Shown: in pieces, positions 56,687-64,000 of the stretch
How the letters are laid out: each line of letters starts with the position of its first letter
How positions within the stretch are numbered: position 1 is the stretch's first letter
Sequence record: OK040170.1
Length of the DNA: 64,000 nt
Direction: 5' to 3' (one strand)
The notes under the pieces: model-generated
Told to the model about the DNA's origin: nothing
The model's input: only the letters and a program-made list of their open reading frames with translations
Databases searched by the model: none
Program-made: the position numbers and the translations under genes

Positions 56687-59600
56687 ATGTCAGATAACGA
56701 TTTACAATTGCGCATTACCGAGTTGCCGAAGTTAGACCACTTCGATTCCAACTCTGTTCTCCCTGCGGTAGGGCGTAGTCAAGGCACTAAGATGACAGGT
56801 AAAGTTAACTTCCGTGAAATGCGGAGTTACTTCGATTTGTCAAACGCCTACGAAACCATTAAGGACGGTGTCGATGCCACTAAGTTAGGCGATACGTTCT
56901 TCGTCTACTCTGATGGCACCAAAGTATTCGCCAACGAATACCAGAACATCGGTGGCGCTGCCACTCCAATCCAAGATCCCAAAGAAGGGGTCATCTATTA
57001 CCCAACGCGTATGGGTATTGTAGGTAGTCTGGCTGCCGGTGCTACCGTAGGTAGCTTTGATGAACTCCGTAACACTCGCCCGTTAAAAGAGGGTGTTAGC
57101 ATTTATCTCAGTAGCTATTATAAAGGCCTTAATAAAGGTGGCGGTGAGTTTATTGGCTATTACGGTAAACGCGCCGACGATGGCGGCATGGTAGCCGGTG
57201 ACGGGAATAACTACTACTGGGTACGTAACGCTAACTTCGTCACTCCGGAAATGTTTGGTGCTTACGGTACTCCAGATAAAGATGACTCAGCTGCTATAGA
57301 AGGGGCACTGAACTCAGGATTAGATGTTCAGTTCGACGGTAGCGCTACTTATATCGCAAACCGTACCCTTGTCCTGAAGTCAATCAAGTGGCAACAATTC
57401 ATTGACGGTAACGGAGCATGGATCAAGTATAGCGATAAATCCCGTGGTTTGATTAACGAGATTGACGCCAATGGTGTTACCCAGCGTTACACGAAGTTCC
57501 GTAGCTTCTTCAACTTGAATCTCCAGGGTCCTGCTACCAAGAACTCTAAGTGGAACGACGTTAACCAGTGCGATGCTCTGTGCATTAGTTACGGTGTAGT
57601 TGAGAACTGTAACTTCTACGGATGGTCTAACGCCCTGCGTGGTTTCGGTGAAGCCTACGTAAACAACTGCTTCGGTGACGACCTTCGTACAGCAATGTTC
57701 TCCTGCTACGATCCAGGGCATAACGAAATCACTAACAGTTCGGTTGGTTGGTGTTCTGGTGACGCTATCATCCTTAAAGGTGGTTCAGGTAAAGCTCACA
57801 ACGTCGATATCGTCTACGCAGGCTGTATTGACAAAAACAACGAAGACGGCGCTACGGCTCTCCCAGGTTGTATCGTGTCATGTGGCGCAGATGGTGCCGG
57901 ATCTCAAAACATCCAGATCTCCAACATCAGTTGCCAGTACTTCGGTTGTGCTGGTCTGAACATCCAGGGTGACGGCGTAACGGTTTCCGGTGACATGAAC
58001 CTGGGGTCTATCTACGAAGATAACTTCCAGTACGCTAACCAAGCAGCTGCCTTGTGGATTGGCGCTAAGAACTTCACCATCGGTAACTTGCACTTTAACA
58101 AAGTACACGTCGGTGTAGGGATCAACGGTAACTGCGCGAATGGTTCGATTGGTAAGATTCGGATCATGAGCAAAACCAACCTGGCAGGATCTACTCTGTT
58201 CTCGGCAACAGATGGCCCTAACTCCCAGATCACCAAAGTTATCGTGGATTCAATCGATTTCCTCGGCGCGTCTACGATTAACAACGACGTTTACATCAAC
58301 ACCGATGGCCTGTATCTGAAATCGTTCTATATCCAGTCCTTGAACAACCTTCAAGGCGGTTATACGGTTGCTCTGCGTAAGAACGCTCGTATCGGTAAAA
58401 TGATTCTGGCAGCAACGACTTCAGCAAGCACGAGTCCGGTAATGCTCATCGAGAGCGATTCCGTCATCGATGAACTGGAGTTCCGTCGTAACTTCGGTAC
58501 TGCATTGGTGGTTGAGAACAATGCTCGTCCAGCAATCAAACGTCTTTCCTTCCAGTACAAACAAGGCATTGCACCACCGTTCGTCATTAAAGGCGACGGC
58601 ACCATGACCTTGAACTGGGGTGACGTCGATATGTTCGGCCCGAGTGTGGCTCGTCCTCAGATCGCCGGTAAGCTCGTAATGAACTCTTACCAAGGTCCTA
58701 CGTTCCGCCCGTTTGATGCAGCCGTATATGCCGGCGTAAGTTACCCTAATCGTTCGGTGGACTTTGTCGAAGAACTTCGAATGGTAGGTCCTGCTAAAGA
58801 AGGGGATAAGATAGAACTTAAGAGCTACGTGTTAGGTAAAGGTATAGGGGGCGGTAATTTCATCGGGACGTTGATTACAACCCCTGATGATGGCGGTATG
58901 GTGATTACCGGTAACGGTTACAGCTGGCTTCGTCAAGTTCAGGACAAACGTGTTAACGTAGAGCACTTTGGGGCTATCGGCGATTATGGGAGGATAACTT
59001 TGAAGGGTACCGATAGTACGGTGGCCTTAGCTAACGCGATCGCAGCCGCTAAGCGCTTGGGGTACTCTATATTCTTCCCATGTTCAAAGATCAACGAGGG
59101 TTACTACACAACTAAAATGTTAGTAATGACCGGGATTATGAACATAGTCGGAGATAGTATTCGCATTTACGTTGCATCTGACAAGTTCGATAAAACTAGC
59201 GGTAGTTACGTGTTATGTTGGGGTAATCCAGATACCGATTATAAGGACATCAGTGGCTGGCCTAATATAGCTGATATTCACGTAGAGGACGTCTCTAAAC
59301 GCGCATCGCCAATGAGTGGTATTTTCTTTAAATTCACTGGCGGTAATGTCGGCAGGATTTCCGCCCGCGCATTCGACGGAGCAGGTTACCAATTTGGCCC
59401 AGTGTACGACTCGGTATTCGCTGGGCTGGTGACGGAACGCTGCGGTAACGAGACGACCTACTCTCACTACTGGAGAGGTAACGGAGACGAGACTAACTCA
59501 ATAACAGTTAGTAACATTCTCTGTCACGATGCGTATCATAAGGGTGTCTCGATTAACGGCTCTAAGCATAACATCGAACGCGTCCACATTGAAGCAACCG

Positions 59601-60541
59601 CTACGTTAGTAACTGATGACGGTTATACCGGAAGTACGAAGTCAGGATTAACTTACCTTAATCATCAGTTCTATTTAGTTGCAGGGACTGTAGGTGATTT
59701 AACTGTTAACGACTATCGTAGAAGTAACGGTAAAACGTACTACGGTGATAAGGATGCTCTCGACGTAGGTAGTCATACTCGACTTGTACTTGATTTATCG
59801 TCTAGTATAGCCACCTCTTCATCAAGCGCAGCTAAATCGATAACTAGTACGTTTGGCGGATCGAATATGTATGGTTACATCGGCGCACTATCTACCGACG
59901 TTTATCATGCAGAACCTAGCGCCAGGATAAACATTGGAAATATCTTGGTTAAAGACACTGCATTTATCTGGGAGTCTGCGCATAAGGTATCCTTTGGTCG
60001 TATCCGTAACCTAGGGGCCAGTTACGGTAATTTCGATTCTGTTACGTTTACCTTACCGTACGTGGCGACACCAAACTCAACTGCTACTACTAATTTCACC
60101 AATTGTACTTTCAACGGCGGAGTTAATGGGTTGTGTACCGGATACAACTATTTCAACGATTGTACCATCGCTTCAATTTCGTTAAATAGTTCAGCAACGC
60201 CAGAAAGAGCTAAGTTCAACAACTGCTTGATTACGGGAAATACACTAATCGACGGAGTAAACGCTACAATCAACTCTAAGAATTTATGGTTCTCATCATG
60301 TAGATTCTCTGGTAACGTAGCAATTAGTAATATCAAAAACGATGGGCCTCGTTTCTCTGGGCAATGCGTCTGTTACGGTACAGTAACAGGTTGGGTTACT
60401 CCAAATGGGATTCCGGTAGGTACAATGTGCGAAAGATTGGGTCCGGCAGCAGATGGAGATGGTTTAGTTTACTACTGTTCTAAACTAGATTCCACTACTT
60501 CTGTATCCACTTGGATACCTGTGGTTAAATTTACAGCATAG
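56687..60541 (+). CDS. Double-module tailspike / depolymerase 5 (1284 aa)
   Basis: Start moved to ATG 56687 (GAGG RBS; RITELP anchor). Neck + beta-helix module occurs twice (SFDELR...GGGEF...DDGG...WVR and FVEELR...GGGNF...DDGG...WLR). Confidence 0.88.
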   Translation: MSDNDLQLRITELPKLDHFDSNSVLPAVGRSQGTKMTGKVNFREMRSYFDLSNAYETIKDGVDATKLGDTFFVYSDGTKVFANEYQNIGGAATPIQDPKEGVIYYPTRMGIVGSLAAGATVGSFDELRNTRPLKEGVSIYLSSYYKGLNKGGGEFIGYYGKRADDGGMVAGDGNNYYWVRNANFVTPEMFGAYGTPDKDDSAAIEGALNSGLDVQFDGSATYIANRTLVLKSIKWQQFIDGNGAWIKYSDKSRGLINEIDANGVTQRYTKFRSFFNLNLQGPATKNSKWNDVNQCDALCISYGVVENCNFYGWSNALRGFGEAYVNNCFGDDLRTAMFSCYDPGHNEITNSSVGWCSGDAIILKGGSGKAHNVDIVYAGCIDKNNEDGATALPGCIVSCGADGAGSQNIQISNISCQYFGCAGLNIQGDGVTVSGDMNLGSIYEDNFQYANQAAALWIGAKNFTIGNLHFNKVHVGVGINGNCANGSIGKIRIMSKTNLAGSTLFSATDGPNSQITKVIVDSIDFLGASTINNDVYINTDGLYLKSFYIQSLNNLQGGYTVALRKNARIGKMILAATTSASTSPVMLIESDSVIDELEFRRNFGTALVVENNARPAIKRLSFQYKQGIAPPFVIKGDGTMTLNWGDVDMFGPSVARPQIAGKLVMNSYQGPTFRPFDAAVYAGVSYPNRSVDFVEELRMVGPAKEGDKIELKSYVLGKGIGGGNFIGTLITTPDDGGMVITGNGYSWLRQVQDKRVNVEHFGAIGDYGRITLKGTDSTVALANAIAAAKRLGYSIFFPCSKINEGYYTTKMLVMTGIMNIVGDSIRIYVASDKFDKTSGSYVLCWGNPDTDYKDISGWPNIADIHVEDVSKRASPMSGIFFKFTGGNVGRISARAFDGAGYQFGPVYDSVFAGLVTERCGNETTYSHYWRGNGDETNSITVSNILCHDAYHKGVSINGSKHNIERVHIEATATLVTDDGYTGSTKSGLTYLNHQFYLVAGTVGDLTVNDYRRSNGKTYYGDKDALDVGSHTRLVLDLSSSIATSSSSAAKSITSTFGGSNMYGYIGALSTDVYHAEPSARINIGNILVKDTAFIWESAHKVSFGRIRNLGASYGNFDSVTFTLPYVATPNSTATTNFTNCTFNGGVNGLCTGYNYFNDCTIASISLNSSATPERAKFNNCLITGNTLIDGVNATINSKNLWFSSCRFSGNVAISNIKNDGPRFSGQCVCYGTVTGWVTPNGIPVGTMCERLGPAADGDGLVYYCSKLDSTTSVSTWIPVVKFTA

Positions 60542-60545
60542 AACG

Positions 60546-60565
60546 GAGGAGGGGAAACCCTCCTC
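60546..60565 (+). repeat. 20-bp direct repeat copy 2 (terminator), followed by late promoter GTTCCTATGAA at 60573-60583
   Basis: Exact match to 56615-56634. Confidence 0.85.
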
Positions 60566-60613
60566 CTATTTTGTTCCTATGAAACATTACTCTCTTATAC
60601 TAGGTGCAAACCC

Positions 60614-63600
60614 ATGGCCGATAATTTCAGCGGTATTAAGATTAGTCAGTTAGACGATCCTAATCGTATTAACGACAACGATATCATCCCGTTCACTAAC
60701 GATGACATGGGCGATAAACAAACACGTAAAATAAAGTTAAGTGCCCTACGTGATCAGCTCAATTACGCCAACGCTTTCCTAACCGTACAGGAAGGTTTAG
60801 CCAACACTATCCCAGGACAGATCTTCCACGTATACGTCGATGACACCCAGTTAGAAGTCTACGCGTACCTTAACAACAATGGCGCAGCAGAGATCGTCCA
60901 AGATGCGCAGGGTAATCCTTTTAAAGGACAAACCGCTAAAGCGCTGGACTTCATTCGTGGTGAGTTAGGACTTACCATGATCGGTCACGTAAGTTCCTTT
61001 GCACGACTGCGTGAAATCAAACCTCCTTTCGAAGGTGCTATTGTAGAACTTCTGGGTTGGAACGAGGGCTCCACTTACGGCGGTGGTCGTTTCCAGGGTA
61101 AGTTATCAACTGGTGCCGACGACAACGGTATTGTTGCGGCAGGCGACGGTTTCCACTGGCGTCGCATTAATGTCGACGAAGGCATTAACCCAGAGTGGTT
61201 CGGTTACGTGAATGGTTCAGGTAATGACGTATCCACTACGTTGAAACAAGTCATTGCTCAGGCGGTTAACTTGAAACGTCCTGTTGTATTCCGTGATGGG
61301 GCTCAAATGAGTCTAGCGGTAGCAGGGATTGAAATTCCAGTAGGTGTTGATCTTACTGTGGCTAACGGTGGGAGAGCTTACTTTGAAATCACTCACGAAA
61401 TCGAAACAACCGGACAGTTCCTTGTCAAAAGTAAAAACCGAATCTCCGGACTTGTCTTCAACTACCCGAAACAAACAAAAGACATCAATGCTAAGCCGAT
61501 TGTGCGTTACGGACCTATTTTTGTCGGTGCTGGATTTTATTCTTCTTTCACGGGAATAAATGTAGGTAACGCTTACTACGGATTTAAGATCGGTGGTAAC
61601 GACGAAGGTTCCGCATCGTACATCACGATGAAAGATATTAACGGCGCCCCTATCTACCGCGGAATTTCACTTGACCGTGTTCTGGACATCCCTCGTATTT
61701 CCGATATCCATTGGAACTACAACATGTACCTGAACTCCGATCAGGACTACGCACAATCTCTGAAACAGTGGATTCATGAGAATGGTGAGGCGTTCCACTT
61801 TGGTCGTGTTGACTTTGCTGAAGTACAACGTATCTTTGCATTCGGGTACAGTAAGGGTATCTTCCTGAGAGGTGAGCGTTATGCAGGTAGCGCCGATTCC
61901 ATTCGCTTCACAGGTTGCGACATGGACATTTGCGTTAACCCTATCTACGCTCAGAACTTTAGTGGCCAGTTAGTTATTCGTAACGGTAAGTTCTTCGGTA
62001 CAACGTACGGTAACCTTGTCATCGATAAGTTGAATCTGTTCAACATGGACGGATATAACCCTAACGTTGTTCTTAACGGTATCTTGATGATTGCATCGGG
62101 TTCACGTTTTAACTTCATGATGGCAACTAACTTCAATGGCCGGGCTATCCATTTCGCTGACTCTTACGATAACGTAATGGGCGACATTCGAGTAATGTGG
62201 TCTGGGAACCAAAGCGCCTTTGCATTAGAAGTTGGTGCATGGAAAGCTGACAGTACGTCTAGTCGCGATGAATCTAACGCCAATACATTCTTGGCAGTAA
62301 TGGCGCATAACTGCCGTGAGAAGTCGTGGTTGATTGCTGGTAGTAAAACCAACGTTGTCCGTATTCACGACGAGGCAATCTTGTCCACTACGGCAACTCC
62401 GAGTAATCCTATCGGGATTGAGTCACGAAATGGTTACGGGTATACCTCGTGCTACTTCTCTTCAATCGGCGGTCACTTAGGCGATGTCAGTTTCGCTACT
62501 TTCGACAAGGCGTCTACCGTTAAACCAGTATTGACGATTGGTTCTTCGGTCACTTGTAGTTGCGACAATATCGCTTCTGGTCGTGATGGTGCGAACGTTG
62601 CGGTTATCTCAGGTGATCCAGGTCCAAGTGGCGCTGGTACTATCGCATCTGTTACCTGTAATGAATTCCGTACACTGGCCAACGCCAGGACTGCGACTAC
62701 TGCGCTGGTTTGTAACAACGCAATACTCGTGGATCCTAGCTCCCCTATTTTGTCAGGGACGATCAACGGAGATTTAACGTTGATGTCTAGTGCTACTTGG
62801 ATAGGTCTGAGTAATCTTCGCGTTGGCGGCGTGACCAATGTTGGGACACCTGCGATGTTTAGTAACTGTACGTTCAACGGTTTACTGAATATCACGTTCG
62901 ATAACTTCGGCACCATCCTTAACCGGATGCGCCATACGTTCGAACACTGTAAAATAAACGACGCCGTTAAGTCAGATACGTCGAAAGTCATTTTCCGAGA
63001 TTGCTCACTTATTTCGACTAAAGACTTTACTATTACGGGTGCGGGTGAAGGAGTACGCTTTGAGTCTAGTCGCATTAACATGAACGTCATCATGGACAAT
63101 AAAGCTAGTCTTGAATTCATCGACTCTGAGGCGAATGGGACTAACGTCGCTACCAGTTCTACCGGTACAATTTTAGTTTCTAACTCTAGCTGGTCGACCG
63201 GTGCAATTAATGCTACCGCAGCTACGCAAGTTATTATCCGTGAAGGTTCGGTAATGCAAGCCTTGAACGGTGTAGTTAATCTTAGAGTTATCGACTCAAC
63301 GGTTGCTTCTCCGTTTACGTTGGGTAATAACGCTCGTGTTTGGTTGTCTAATGCAAACATGAATGATGTAACGATTTCTGGCACAGGTATTAACTTGGAT
63401 GCCGATAAAACGTTCTTCAACCGTTTCGTATTTGATAGCGGCAAAACCAATACCGGTGCGTGGCGTATCTCTCAAGATTGCGTTGCGTGGACAACTGCTA
63501 ACTGGGTTGTTCCTACCGTTGTATCGGGCTACGGTGTACGTACTTACGATATATCTACTGGTACAATTTATAAGGTTGTCTCTGGAGCATGGAAAGTAGT

Positions 63601-63619
63601 AACTGAAAGTACAGCGTAA
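60614..63619 (+). CDS. Tailspike / depolymerase 6 (1001 aa), apparently chimeric
   Basis: KISQL anchor, neck, then long beta-helix; the second half resembles module 2 of spike 5. Confidence 0.85.
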   Translation: MADNFSGIKISQLDDPNRINDNDIIPFTNDDMGDKQTRKIKLSALRDQLNYANAFLTVQEGLANTIPGQIFHVYVDDTQLEVYAYLNNNGAAEIVQDAQGNPFKGQTAKALDFIRGELGLTMIGHVSSFARLREIKPPFEGAIVELLGWNEGSTYGGGRFQGKLSTGADDNGIVAAGDGFHWRRINVDEGINPEWFGYVNGSGNDVSTTLKQVIAQAVNLKRPVVFRDGAQMSLAVAGIEIPVGVDLTVANGGRAYFEITHEIETTGQFLVKSKNRISGLVFNYPKQTKDINAKPIVRYGPIFVGAGFYSSFTGINVGNAYYGFKIGGNDEGSASYITMKDINGAPIYRGISLDRVLDIPRISDIHWNYNMYLNSDQDYAQSLKQWIHENGEAFHFGRVDFAEVQRIFAFGYSKGIFLRGERYAGSADSIRFTGCDMDICVNPIYAQNFSGQLVIRNGKFFGTTYGNLVIDKLNLFNMDGYNPNVVLNGILMIASGSRFNFMMATNFNGRAIHFADSYDNVMGDIRVMWSGNQSAFALEVGAWKADSTSSRDESNANTFLAVMAHNCREKSWLIAGSKTNVVRIHDEAILSTTATPSNPIGIESRNGYGYTSCYFSSIGGHLGDVSFATFDKASTVKPVLTIGSSVTCSCDNIASGRDGANVAVISGDPGPSGAGTIASVTCNEFRTLANARTATTALVCNNAILVDPSSPILSGTINGDLTLMSSATWIGLSNLRVGGVTNVGTPAMFSNCTFNGLLNITFDNFGTILNRMRHTFEHCKINDAVKSDTSKVIFRDCSLISTKDFTITGAGEGVRFESSRINMNVIMDNKASLEFIDSEANGTNVATSSTGTILVSNSSWSTGAINATAATQVIIREGSVMQALNGVVNLRVIDSTVASPFTLGNNARVWLSNANMNDVTISGTGINLDADKTFFNRFVFDSGKTNTGAWRISQDCVAWTTANWVVPTVVSGYGVRTYDISTGTIYKVVSGAWKVVTESTA

Positions 63620-63626
63620 GATAAAT

Positions 63627-63667
63627 ACGATGGTCCGGATCTACTCCGGCCATCGTGTTCCTATGAA
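63627..63667 (+). promoter_or_regulatory. Hairpin plus late promoter unit
   Basis: ACGATGG-T-CCGGA-TCTAC-TCCGG-CCATCGT (63627-63656), then GTTCCTATGAA (63657-63667). Confidence 0.65.
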
Positions 63668-63697
63668 TATCTACAGCCTTACAATAGGACTAAACAC

Positions 63698-64000
63698 ATG
63701 GCAATCACTGGCATTGGGGCGGAGAACACCAGGACTTACCCTGTAGAGAATGTCACTGCATTACGTGCAGTTGTACCTCAAGCAGATGGTCAGTTATTTG
63801 AAATGGTCGGTGCTCCGATCGATAACGGTACAGGGCGTAACCAAAAAGGTGGCGTGTTCCGTTACTACGCAGATCTCAACATCGCCGATTATCCAGATGA
63901 CGGCGGTTACTTTATTAAACCGGGAGCAGGTACTGGTGTTCTGATTCGTCAGCACGAACCTAACGAGTTCTTTGTTGATTGGTGGATCACTTCCCCAGAT
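63698..64000 (+). CDS. Tailspike 7, N-terminal fragment running off the window (absent from the ORF track)
   Basis: ATG 63698 with AGGA RBS; hand translation MAITGIGAENTRTYPVENVTALRAVVPQADGQ...GGVFRY...PDDGG...VDWW matches the neck domain; no stop in 101 codons. Confidence 0.8.
   Translation, partial: MAITGIGAENTRTYPVENVTALRAVVPQADGQLFEMVGAPIDNGTGRNQKGGVFRYYADLNIADYPDDGGYFIKPGAGTGVLIRQHEPNEFFVDWWITSPD

Noticed and set aside
47790-64000. Diversity-generating retroelement or invertase shufflon acting on the spike genes
   Set aside because: No reverse transcriptase, template/variable repeat pair, recombinase or flanking inverted repeats were seen in the window.
1-64000. CRISPR array, tRNA/rRNA genes, inteins, stop-codon reassignment
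   Set aside because: No regularly spaced repeats or cloverleafs were found by eye; enzymes have expected lengths without intein motifs; coding density is high under the standard code with all three stops used.

Overview
This window is a gene-dense segment of a phiKZ-like (Chimalliviridae-type) jumbo myophage genome in the standard genetic code. The assignment rests on sequence motifs and remembered synteny with phiKZ gp149-gp182 and SPN3US; no database search was run. In order it carries: tail-fibre and baseplate genes, a central spike, an SbcC/Rad50 ATPase, an island of orphan early genes, RNase H, UvsX/RecA, four split virion RNA polymerase subunits (beta-C, beta'-N, beta-N, beta'-C), a 2213-aa tape measure with a lytic transglycosylase domain, the prohead protease, and an array of at least 7 tailspike/depolymerase genes running off the right end. 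That array suggests a capsulated enterobacterial host such as Klebsiella (inference). The main non-obvious signals are: (1) a 424-nt ORF-less group I intron splitting the vRNAP beta gene, whose best-supported 3' end is A rather than the canonical omega-G; (2) a tailspike that is two complete neck + beta-helix modules fused in one polypeptide, flanked by a 20-bp direct repeat, next to a second chimeric spike; (3) a switch-like structured RNA candidate at 45948-46070; (4) a terminator-bounded cassette of two degenerate HNH genes; (5) an early promoter with an unusually long conserved downstream extension. No tRNA, rRNA, CRISPR array, integrase or reverse transcriptase was seen.
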